Shown here piece after piece: positions 9,949 to 18,566 of a stretch of DNA of 64,000 nucleotides. The translations under genes were made by a program, and so were the position numbers. The stretch is from Candidatus Fermentibacteraceae bacterium (GTDB lineage: Bacteria; Fermentibacterota; Fermentibacteria; Fermentibacterales; JCC-6), in NCBI GenBank assembly GCA_041750285.1, contig JBGSZS010000016.1, positions 32,001-96,000 of the forward strand, read 5' to 3'. Each line of letters starts with the position of its first letter. Positions within the stretch are counted from its first letter, which is position 1. The notes under the pieces were generated by a model. That model was given only the letters and a program-made list of their open reading frames with translations. It did not search any database and was not told the DNA's origin.

Positions 9949-10195
9949 CTCCGTCTCCCTTCCTGGCTTTCGTGGTGGTGAGGGTTCACCCGCCCTCACA
10001 GGACTGATACGCCCGGACAGGGCTCTTTCTTCCCGGAGAACTCTTCCGTGGCAGTAGTGCTCCCGGTGAAAGCTCCCCGGGGTGCTTGCGCAACGCATGC
10101 TGTATTCGGCATAGTGCAGCCCGAACGGAGGGTTTTGGTCTTCCAGCGAAAGCAACCGAACAAGCGTCAACCATGCCACAGAGTAAGGAAAACAA

Positions 10196-11317
10196 ATGGA
10201 GGGCCTCTTTGTCGGATTCACCGCGATGACCTGGCAGAACCTCGTGATGATGGCCATCGGTGCAACACTGATCTACCTGGCGATCAAAAAGGAGTACGAA
10301 CCCGCGCTTCTGCTTCCCATCGGTTTCGGCACCATCCTTGTCAACATCCCATTCTCTTCGGTGCTCGACCAGGTCGAGGGGGGCGGGCTGGTGGCAGGGG
10401 CACTGTCCTACTTCTTCAGGGTGGGCATCCTCACCGAGGTATTCCCTCTTCTGATTTTCGTGGCCATCGGCGCGATGATAGACTTCAGCCCACTGTTCAG
10501 AAGACCCCTTCTCCTCCTCTTCGGGGCTGCGGCCCAATTCGGAATCTTCTTCACCATGACGGCCGCCACCCTGTTCGGATTCGACCTGAGGGAGGCCGCC
10601 TCGATAGGCATCATCGGTTCCGCCGACGGCCCGACATCGATATACGTAGCAAGCCGTTTCGCGCAGAACCTGATCGGTCCCATCTCGGTCGCTGCCTACT
10701 CCTACATGGCGCTGGTGCCCATAATCCAACCACCGGTCATCAGGCTGCTCACATCACGACGGGAACGCCTCATCCGCATGGACGGCCTCCAGAGGCCGAT
10801 CTCCCGCACCACCCTGATCGTCTTCCCCATTCTCGTGACAATACTGACGGGGATGTTTGCGCCGACCGCGACAGCCCTCATCGGATTCCTCATGTTCGGC
10901 AACCTCGTCCGTGAGTGCGGAGTTCTCAAGAAGCTGTCGCTTGCGGCCCAGAATGAGCTGGCCAGCCTTGTCACACTGCTGCTCGGGATCACCATAGCGT
11001 CCACCATGACGGCAGACCGTTTTCTGCAGGTCTCCACGCTGTTCATCATTGCCCTTGGGCTCTGTGCCTTCATCTTCGATACCGCGGGAGGTGTGATCTT
11101 CGCGAAGCTCCTCAACCTTTTCATAAAACGAAAGGTCAACCCCATGATCGGAGCGGCCGGCATATCGGCATTTCCAATGTCGGCGCGGGTCATCCACAAG
11201 ATGGGGAGGCAGGAGGACTCTTCGAATTTCCTGCTGATGCATGCAGTCAGCGCAAACGTCTCAGGCCAGATCGGTTCCGTCCTTGCGGGCGGGTTGATCC
11301 TGGCCCTGGTCAAGTAG
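10196..11317 (+). CDS. oadB: Na+-translocating decarboxylase beta subunit
   Basis: EPALLLPIGFG, IGIIGSADGPTSIY, AAYSYMALVP, NPMIGAAGISAFPMSAR. Confidence 0.95.
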   Translation: MEGLFVGFTAMTWQNLVMMAIGATLIYLAIKKEYEPALLLPIGFGTILVNIPFSSVLDQVEGGGLVAGALSYFFRVGILTEVFPLLIFVAIGAMIDFSPLFRRPLLLLFGAAAQFGIFFTMTAATLFGFDLREAASIGIIGSADGPTSIYVASRFAQNLIGPISVAAYSYMALVPIIQPPVIRLLTSRRERLIRMDGLQRPISRTTLIVFPILVTILTGMFAPTATALIGFLMFGNLVRECGVLKKLSLAAQNELASLVTLLLGITIASTMTADRFLQVSTLFIIALGLCAFIFDTAGGVIFAKLLNLFIKRKVNPMIGAAGISAFPMSARVIHKMGRQEDSSNFLLMHAVSANVSGQIGSVLAGGLILALVK

Positions 11318-11328
11318 GGGGTGCTCAG

Positions 11329-11490
11329 TTGACAGCGGCAACAGAGGCTGTTTTCAGGGAGGCGCTCGAGATCACAGGCAAGGGCATGATGGCGCTCTTC
11401 GCCTTCATGTTCGTATTCTTCGTGCTCCTGGTCCTTCTGGACAGGCTGTTTCCCGGCAGGAACGACGAGGCAGGCAACCAGGTACTCTGA
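11329..11490 (+). CDS. OadG-related small membrane subunit (53 aa)
   Basis: Not in the ORF track. TTG-start ORF MTAATEAVFREALEITGKGMMALFAFMFVFFVLLVLLDRLFP..., single TM helix, immediately after oadB. Confidence 0.75.
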   Translation: MTAATEAVFREALEITGKGMMALFAFMFVFFVLLVLLDRLFPGRNDEAGNQVL

Positions 11491-11505
11491 CGGGATCAAG
11501 GCTTC

Positions 11506-13650
11506 TCAGAAGAACCGGCTGACCTTCGCATAGACCGTGAACTCAGGTTCCTCGCCGGGAACGCCGTCCTCACCCGAAAGGAAGTGGAAAAAGCTTCCGG
11601 GAAGGTACTCCCAGCTGAAGAGGACGTTGGCCCAGGTGCGGCGGATCGTCTCGGGAGCCTCGCCGTTCTCCCAGACCTTTTCGAAACGGGAGGTCTGGCC
11701 TGTGAGCCTGAGGAGCATGAGGTTGGTGAGCATCCAGGTCGCGGAGAGGTTGAGTGACCTCCAGTCAGTCTCGATGCGATCCCACTCTTCCGCATCCCAG
11801 TTGTACCTGGTGGCGGCGTCCTGCGTGCGCCAGGCGGGCTCGATGTCGATCGAGAGAGGTGGGACCGGCCTGAGGAGAAGGCCCGCCGAGTACCTGTCGG
11901 TGTGGGAATCGAGGTAGGTGTTGCGGTTGTAGGCCGCCCACCCCGCGACCTGCCTTCTGTAGTCGGTCGAGGCCGAAACCCCGCCATAGAAGCCGCCGGT
12001 GTACCACGCCCCTTCCGGCCCCTCGTACCTGTCGAACCAGCGGTCCGTCCAGCCCCCGTTTACGTTGAGGTCGTACCTGTCTACAGTGACGGCGCCGGTC
12101 CAGACATCGACTCCGCTGCCGCAGTTCCTGCCGTCGGCGTCACGGCCCGTGTAAGGGTTGGCGCCCAGCCACGCGCTCTGCAGGAATCCTCCCCGGAAAG
12201 TCCTGGAAGCGCTTGTGTAGACCGACCAGAGGGTCTCGCCCGTCGCCTGCTCGTAGCCCATCACGCCCGGGTCGAAGCCTTCGCCCTTCCTCTCGTAGCG
12301 GAGGTTGATCTCGAAGTTCTCGGGGAAGTAACCGGCTTCGAGCCTTGCTGCGCCGTTGTCCTGTGTGTCCTGAAAACGGTTCCAGGTCATTCCCAGCCTG
12401 CCCTTCAGGAAGATGTCGGGCAGCGGTGAGACCTCTCCGGTGAAGGCGCCGGAGCGGCCGTAGAGGTAGTCGCCGCCCTTCCGGGCCGGGAAGTCCGCGC
12501 TGGTGCCGGAGAACCTCAGCCAGTTGCCCGGCGAGAACTCGTGCAGGAAGGCGCCTGCGGCCCAGGAGCCTGCCGGTTCAACAACTGTGGTGTCTTCCAT
12601 GACCCTTCCCGTGACCACCTCGAGGAAACCGTAGCGCGTTCCGCCGTCCACTCCCGTGATCTTGGCGCCCCCGAGGATGGGGATTATCCCGCCGTTCCAG
12701 GCCACCGATCCGATGCTTCGGGAGTAGAACATGTCGAAGGGCATGTCGAAGATGTCGGTCCCCTCCATGAAGAAGGGGCGCCTCTCCGAGAGCCAGGGCG
12801 CCCAGTGGGAGATGCTTCCCTGATCGGCATCGGATTCGACCTGACCGAAGTCGGGGTTCACCGTCAGGTCCATCACCGCATGCATGCTCATGGGAACCTT
12901 CAGATCGAAGCCGGCGCTTCCCCACAGGTTCTCCCGCCATGGCAGGCCATTGTTGATGTTCAGCCTTCCCGCGCAGAAAGGCCGCCACTCGATACCCGAA
13001 ACCCGGGGAAGGTCTGAAAGGCCCGTGAGTTCGCCGAAACACGAGATGTCCATGCCCCCCTGTTCCCTCATCCGGAACAGGTAGCCCCCCTCGTTGGAGC
13101 TGGTGATGGTCCTGCCGAAATTGATGCCCCAGACCTGAATTTCGTCGGGCGTGTACCTGAGCACCGAGAAGGGAATGGCTATCTCGGCGGTCCACCCCGA
13201 GTCGTTCACCGCGACTGCGCTCGACCACACACCATCCCAGTCACGGTCTTCCCCGCCTATCTCCGTCCTGCGGGAGTCGATCTGGGTCCCCCCCACCGAA
13301 ACCGAGAACATGAAGCAGTTCGAGTCGTCGTTGAAGGTGTCGAGGTAGACTATCACCCTGTCGGTCGCAAGGTCGACGTCCCTGGAAGCCACGGGTCTGG
13401 GTATTCCATGCGGGTCCGCATCGTGCATGTGAAGGCCGAAATAGATGGAACTTTCGTCGTAGAGCACCCTGATGTCTGTGGGCCGGGACATGGGGCAGTC
13501 AACCCTGGGCCGGAAAGCGGTGAAGCACTGGGAAAGCGCTTCGGCAGAGGCCCAGCAGCCGTCATCCAGAATACCGTCGACAACGGGTGGCGTTTCCGTT
13601 CTGATGGCGGTTATTCCGCATACTGCACAAAGAAGCATGTATCCAAACAT
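11506..13650 (-). CDS. CBM9-like/DUF5916 outer-membrane protein
   Basis: PPVVDGILDD..W, WTAEIAIPF, LTVNPDFGQVESD, ERRPFFMEG; C-terminal Phe. Confidence 0.8.
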   Translation of the reverse strand: MFGYMLLCAVCGITAIRTETPPVVDGILDDGCWASAEALSQCFTAFRPRVDCPMSRPTDIRVLYDESSIYFGLHMHDADPHGIPRPVASRDVDLATDRVIVYLDTFNDDSNCFMFSVSVGGTQIDSRRTEIGGEDRDWDGVWSSAVAVNDSGWTAEIAIPFSVLRYTPDEIQVWGINFGRTITSSNEGGYLFRMREQGGMDISCFGELTGLSDLPRVSGIEWRPFCAGRLNINNGLPWRENLWGSAGFDLKVPMSMHAVMDLTVNPDFGQVESDADQGSISHWAPWLSERRPFFMEGTDIFDMPFDMFYSRSIGSVAWNGGIIPILGGAKITGVDGGTRYGFLEVVTGRVMEDTTVVEPAGSWAAGAFLHEFSPGNWLRFSGTSADFPARKGGDYLYGRSGAFTGEVSPLPDIFLKGRLGMTWNRFQDTQDNGAARLEAGYFPENFEINLRYERKGEGFDPGVMGYEQATGETLWSVYTSASRTFRGGFLQSAWLGANPYTGRDADGRNCGSGVDVWTGAVTVDRYDLNVNGGWTDRWFDRYEGPEGAWYTGGFYGGVSASTDYRRQVAGWAAYNRNTYLDSHTDRYSAGLLLRPVPPLSIDIEPAWRTQDAATRYNWDAEEWDRIETDWRSLNLSATWMLTNLMLLRLTGQTSRFEKVWENGEAPETIRRTWANVLFSWEYLPGSFFHFLSGEDGVPGEEPEFTVYAKVSRFF

Positions 13651-13680
13651 TGGTGAAACATTCCCCGGGTTCCGGAATTG

Positions 13681-16155
13681 TCAAGCCTTTGGGCTTTCAG
13701 GCTGGAACGGGTTCTCGCCGAGGGCAGCCCTCAACTCGTCCAGCATCTCATGTGCGCGGTAGGCGTTGCATTCCCCCACCTGCGGGGCAAGGCTTTCGAT
13801 GGCCGTTCTGGCGCTTCGAAGGTCACCGGTCATCTTCCAGTGCCAGTATCCCGAAGTTCCCCGGACCGAGCGCCACGGCGAGCCGGTGGAGTGCTCAAGG
13901 AGTGCATCGGGGGTCGCCAGGTCGAGAAGCGCCCTGCAGGCGGCCAGACAGACCCGGGCAGTGTCCGTGTTGGGCTGCTGGTCGAGCCCTTCACACTCAC
14001 GGACCGAGTCTTCCAGCGCGGTTGCCGCTTCTTCATACCTGCCGTGGTGCATCAGGAACAGACCGCGGTAAAGCCCGTACAGGCATGCGTTCCTTTTCCT
14101 TCCGGCCCTCTCCGCCATGTCCGAGGCTTCTGAAAGCGAAGCCAGGGCGGCTTCGCAGTCGCCCTTCCTGTCCTGCACCCTGGCGCTCAGATAAAGGGCG
14201 CTTTCCATGAGCTGGTCGGGTCCCGAACGCCTTACCAGCTCAAGCATGGTCTCGAGGCAGTCCTCGGCGTTGCCGGGTCTGTTCATGTCAAGGAAGATCC
14301 GTGTCATGTTGCCGTAGGTGGCGGCAAGGCGCAGCTGGTCACCGACCTCGGATGCCAGCCGAACCGCTTGCATGAAGGTCTCCAGCGCCTCTTCATAGCG
14401 TCCGTCCATCATCCTTGCCACACCCAGGTTCGCGGCGGCGGTCGTTGCAAGCCTGTGGTTGCCCGTCTTTTCGGCTATCCTGCCAACGCTTGCGTAACAC
14501 CGGGCCGCCTCTTCATGCAGGTTCTGCGACGAGGCGATCCCGCCCCTCGTGTTCAGGGCGTAGCAGAGGGCCTCGAGGTTGCCGCTTCGGGAGGCGGTCC
14601 GCATCAGGTCTTCGCAACCCTCCGCCGCGTCCTCCAGCATGCCGGCTTTCCTTAGGCACGATACCCTGAAGATGCTGCAGCTCTCCGCAAGCCACGTGAA
14701 ACCGTTGACCGCTGCCTTCGCCCCTGCCGCTTCAGCGGCCGCGAGCGCTTCGTGAAGCATGCCGTGGCGCGCCATGGCCCTGGCCTCGACGAGAAGCAGC
14801 CTGGTTCGCTGCCTTCTGGTCAGACCGGTTGCCTCAAGCCGTTCGACCTCCGCCCTGACATCTCCCGGTTCGGCGTTCCGGCGAAGAAGGATGAGGGAGA
14901 GTATGGCAAGCTCCGCCTCCTCGAAGGAATTCATTACACCGCTTGCCCTGCAGTCCTCCAGGGATTCAGCCAGCGCCTTCGCCCGGGGCTCGTCGCCCAT
15001 ATGGATCAGTACCTCGAGCATCAGAAGCCTGGCCTGAGTCTCGAAAGCGGGCATGGCGCCCGCCGCCGCTTCGAGGGCCTGCTCCATGAAACCGCCCTTG
15101 AAGAGGTGAATGCTTCTGTTGAGCTGTGCCTTGTGGAACTGGCCGGGACAGTGGGCAGCAACGAGGCTCCACAGATGGGCCGCCCTGGGATGGGTTGAAC
15201 CGGAGGAGCAGGTTGCGGCCTCGAGGTATGCCGACCCGGCGGAAACCTCGTCCCCGCTTCTCAGAAAGAGGTCACCGGCGAGTTTAAGGGCGCCTGGGCA
15301 CCCCTTCGCCCTGCCCGAAACGATCCGGGCTGCCCGGGAGTGGAGTTCCTTCGATTCGTCACAGGTCAGTGAATTGAGGAAATGGCTTCTTGTCGAAGCG
15401 TTCACGAACCGTGTAGGTCCCCCCCTGGTCGCGACCCAGATGCCCGACCCGTAAAGCGGGGACGGGTCCTCGTTGCACCCGGAGAGCTCGGCGGCTTCAC
15501 GGGGATCGAACATCTGACCGAAGACCGAAGCAGCCTTCACGAGTCCGAGGAGACCCGGGGGTACCGGGAGGGAGCAGGTGCGGTCCTGCCCCGAGATCCT
15601 GACCAGCCTTGCCCGGAACGGGGGTGACCCTTCCCGCATTGCGCCAAGCAGGGGCGGCAGTGCGAGGCTTCGGGGCGCGTTACTCTGGATCATTCGGATC
15701 AGTTCCAGGGTGAGCGCGCCGGTCCTGCGCAGATCCGCCGCCACCAGGAACGCGGGCATGAACCTTGCAATGGAGTCGAGCAGGCAGCACAGCGCTTCAA
15801 GGGTTTCCCGCCCGGGAACACCCGTAGAGAGGAATCGGCCGATGGCCTCGCGGTGCCTTTGAAGCCCCGCGGCCGCCTCCATCCCGCCGGCCCCGCCCCT
15901 GATGCCCAGGGAAACCGTCAGGGCCGACCAGGAGTCATGAAACGTGCCGGGATGCCCGGGCGCGCCGAACAACCTCTCCAATCCCGCCCTGATCCCGTGA
16001 TCAAGCTGGATGTCGAGCATGTCGGGCCTTCTTCTGCGGACGATGTCGAAAAGCCGTGCAGCTTCTTCAGGGCCAAGCCCGTGAAAAACAAGGGGCACGG
16101 CGCCGCCGTGGTCAAGGTGCGCAAGGGCGATTCCGGGAAGCCTGTCAGGGTTCAT
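13681..16155 (-). CDS. TPR-repeat protein (STAND-like C-terminal half, eroded N-terminus)
   Basis: Repeated ANLG/GNM-type TPR helices in the C-terminal half. Confidence 0.7.
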   Translation of the reverse strand: MNPDRLPGIALAHLDHGGAVPLVFHGLGPEEAARLFDIVRRRRPDMLDIQLDHGIRAGLERLFGAPGHPGTFHDSWSALTVSLGIRGGAGGMEAAAGLQRHREAIGRFLSTGVPGRETLEALCCLLDSIARFMPAFLVAADLRRTGALTLELIRMIQSNAPRSLALPPLLGAMREGSPPFRARLVRISGQDRTCSLPVPPGLLGLVKAASVFGQMFDPREAAELSGCNEDPSPLYGSGIWVATRGGPTRFVNASTRSHFLNSLTCDESKELHSRAARIVSGRAKGCPGALKLAGDLFLRSGDEVSAGSAYLEAATCSSGSTHPRAAHLWSLVAAHCPGQFHKAQLNRSIHLFKGGFMEQALEAAAGAMPAFETQARLLMLEVLIHMGDEPRAKALAESLEDCRASGVMNSFEEAELAILSLILLRRNAEPGDVRAEVERLEATGLTRRQRTRLLLVEARAMARHGMLHEALAAAEAAGAKAAVNGFTWLAESCSIFRVSCLRKAGMLEDAAEGCEDLMRTASRSGNLEALCYALNTRGGIASSQNLHEEAARCYASVGRIAEKTGNHRLATTAAANLGVARMMDGRYEEALETFMQAVRLASEVGDQLRLAATYGNMTRIFLDMNRPGNAEDCLETMLELVRRSGPDQLMESALYLSARVQDRKGDCEAALASLSEASDMAERAGRKRNACLYGLYRGLFLMHHGRYEEAATALEDSVRECEGLDQQPNTDTARVCLAACRALLDLATPDALLEHSTGSPWRSVRGTSGYWHWKMTGDLRSARTAIESLAPQVGECNAYRAHEMLDELRAALGENPFQPESPKA

Positions 16156-16417
16156 CGTACCATGGGGGACGAACCGCCCCGGGGTCTTCGATCAGAACCG
16201 TTTTCATCCGGGACTGTGCTCCGGAGATGATCACCACGTTGCCGGGCTTCGTGCCGAACTGCCCGGCGAGCCACTCCGTCAGTTCCCTGTTGGCCCTGCC
16301 GTCGACGGGCGGGGCGTTGAGTGTGATGCGTACGGTGCCGTCCGCCATGACCCCGGAAAAGCCGGTCTTCCGGCCACGGGTCACGACCTTTACGGAAATG
16401 ACGATCCTGCCGGTCAG
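16145..16417 (-). CDS. DUF167 (YggU) family protein
   Basis: VKVVT..., [23 protein letters not shown]; probable CTG start overlapping the upstream TGA. Confidence 0.8.
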   Translation of the reverse strand: MTGRIVISVKVVTRGRKTGFSGVMADGTVRITLNAPPVDGRANRELTEWLAGQFGTKPGNVVIISGAQSRMKTVLIEDPGAVRPPWYDEP

Positions 16418-16593
16418 TCCCGTTCTCCCAGTATCCTGGCCTCCTCGATCAGCATCACGGGAATGTCGTCGCGGACAGGGTAGGCCAGTGCACAGCTCCG
16501 GCAAACAAGCTCCTCGGAGGGTGCGGTGATGTACTCGAGCCCGCCCTTGCACTTGGGGCAGGCCAGTATCGAAAGCAGCCTCTCGTCAACCAT
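16414..16593 (-). CDS. Trm112 family protein (YcaR-like, 59 aa)
   Basis: Not in the ORF track. [19 protein letters not shown]...[22 protein letters not shown]. Confidence 0.9.
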   Translation of the reverse strand: MVDERLLSILACPKCKGGLEYITAPSEELVCRSCALAYPVRDDIPVMLIEEARILGERD

Positions 16594-16602
16594 GGAACCC
16601 TC

Positions 16603-17835
16603 CTATATCACGAAAAGCCCGTTCCTCATCACGGGCACCTCTTCGCCGCCGGGCATCACGCCGAATACGTCAACTTCGGGCGACCCGATCATGAAATCCG
16701 TGTGGACGAGGCTTGCGTTGCATCCCGTCTCCCTCAGCTGGTCATCGGACATCCCGGTGCCGCCCTTTATGGTGTCGGTGTATCCGTTGCCCAGAGCGAT
16801 GTGGCAGGAAGCGTTCTCGTCAAAAAGAATGTTGTGGAACACCCTTCCGCTTGTGTAAAGCGGCGAGTCGACGCCAACGAGGGCCACTTCCCCAAGGCGG
16901 GTCGCACCGGCGTCGGTTTCGAGATACCTGCCCAGTATCTCTCCGTTCTTTCCCGCGCCGAACTCAGTGACGGCTCCGTCCTGGAACTGGAACCAGGCAT
17001 CCTCCACCTGCGCACCCAGGACCGTAACCGGTCTGGTGCACGTCACCCGGCCTTCAGTCCTGTCCATGTGGGGCGTGCTGAAAATCTCTTCTGTGGGAAT
17101 GTTGGGGAAAAAGCGCGTGCCGTCAGAGGATACGCCGCTTCCGCCGAGGAAGAGCCTGTTGCTTTGCATGCCCACGAAAAGGTCGGTTCCGGGACCACGG
17201 AAACGTATGCCGTCGAAACACTTCCCGTTCATGAACCCCGCTCGCCTCTTGAGGTCTGCGTCGTGGTCGGTCCATGCCCTTACCGGATCGGGTCTGTCCA
17301 GGCGGAGAATGGGTGCGAGCACCTCCCAGATCGCTTCCTCCCAGTTGTCTGCGGTGCCCAGGACCTTGGCCGCCCAGCCGGGCGTGGGCATGAGGAAGAC
17401 GTTCCACGGCATCCTGTTCGAGGCAACCGCCTTCATGAACCCCTGGTATGCTTCGGAACGGGCCTTCTGCATCCTCCCCAGCCTGGCGGGGTCGACACCC
17501 TCCATGACGTCCGGGTTCTCGGGACCGCGCAGGGCAAGGCTTCGCCAGTTGTCCTGCACTATCGTGTCGAGCATGTGCCCCGTGTAACGCGGCGTATGGT
17601 CGAGGAACTCGGGACGGGTCGTCCTGTCGACCCTGATCCTCTCCAGACGGGGATCATCCATCGAGAGCTGCACGTACATCGCTCCCAGATCGTAGGCCCT
17701 TTCCGCCAGAAGCCCGGCGAACTCCCTGTGGCACGGTTCGGTCCTGATCCAGAGGACCTGCCCCTCCCCGATTCCCAGGGCTCCCCTGAGTATGACGTCG
17801 GCGCACGCCTGGTGATACCTGTCTATCTTCGTCAT
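16603..17835 (-). CDS. M29 aminopeptidase (AmpS/AmpT-like)
   Basis: PNIPTEEIF, GEVALV, LFDENASCHIALG, HTDFMIG. Confidence 0.93.
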   Translation of the reverse strand: MTKIDRYHQACADVILRGALGIGEGQVLWIRTEPCHREFAGLLAERAYDLGAMYVQLSMDDPRLERIRVDRTTRPEFLDHTPRYTGHMLDTIVQDNWRSLALRGPENPDVMEGVDPARLGRMQKARSEAYQGFMKAVASNRMPWNVFLMPTPGWAAKVLGTADNWEEAIWEVLAPILRLDRPDPVRAWTDHDADLKRRAGFMNGKCFDGIRFRGPGTDLFVGMQSNRLFLGGSGVSSDGTRFFPNIPTEEIFSTPHMDRTEGRVTCTRPVTVLGAQVEDAWFQFQDGAVTEFGAGKNGEILGRYLETDAGATRLGEVALVGVDSPLYTSGRVFHNILFDENASCHIALGNGYTDTIKGGTGMSDDQLRETGCNASLVHTDFMIGSPEVDVFGVMPGGEEVPVMRNGLFVI

Positions 17836-17849
17836 TAGCTCTCCCCTGA

Positions 17850-18566
17850 TCAGATGAGACCCAGAAAGTCGACGGCGAGAGCCCTGTAGGGCTGCCCGCC
17901 CGTTTCCAGCAGGTCCATGAACTGAAGGCTAATCCTGACCTGGCCGAAACTCTGCCAGTACACCTCGAAGTTAAGGAAACCTCCGGTATTGTCGAACCTG
18001 TAATCGCTTGCGCCGTTGGTTCCCAGGTCCCAGTCCGCCGCGAGGCCGAAACCGGCAGGCAGGGTCTTGTCCAGCGCCATCCAGCACCCCAGGTGCTCGG
18101 GAGCCTCGAGGGATATGCTGGAACCCAGGTGGAAGGCCGTTTCGCCCAGCGGGTCCGAGAAATTCTTGCTGGCTGCGAGGTAGAAACCCCGCTCCTGTCG
18201 GTGGAACTCGCCGCCACCCCTCGGATGCTCCTCTTCGTTGTCGAAACCCACTGCCAGCGCGGGAAAGGTGCGCCGCTCGTCAAGGAAGCGGAAACGGGCT
18301 TTCAGGTAGAGCTGGTCGAACCAGTCCGGCGTTGACATCCCGGTGACGCTGTACCCTCCGTAGCCTATTCCTGCCATGAGCCTGGGCAGCATGCCCGCCT
18401 GCAGGGAAAAGGCCAGGTTGTCGGTGGGAAACGTCCGGAGAGAAATGTAAAGCGCTCTCGGGGCGACGACACCCGCCGTGGGTTCGACCACGGCGCGTAT
18501 CAGTTCCGCTCCCCGTACCGCCGGCGCCACGAAGAGCAGGGTCAGAAGCAAAAGAAGGAGTTTCAA
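17850..18566 (-). CDS. YjbH-like outer-membrane beta-barrel protein
   Basis: Signal peptide; PTAGV, KARFRFLDE..FPALAVG, FYLAASKNF. Confidence 0.6.
   Translation of the reverse strand: MKLLLLLLTLLFVAPAVRGAELIRAVVEPTAGVVAPRALYISLRTFPTDNLAFSLQAGMLPRLMAGIGYGGYSVTGMSTPDWFDQLYLKARFRFLDERRTFPALAVGFDNEEEHPRGGGEFHRQERGFYLAASKNFSDPLGETAFHLGSSISLEAPEHLGCWMALDKTLPAGFGLAADWDLGTNGASDYRFDNTGGFLNFEVYWQSFGQVRISLQFMDLLETGGQPYRALAVDFLGLI

Noticed and set aside
9964..10012. Hammerhead-like CTGTGA...CGAAA on the minus strand
   Set aside because: Lacks the CUGANGA core and stems I/III.
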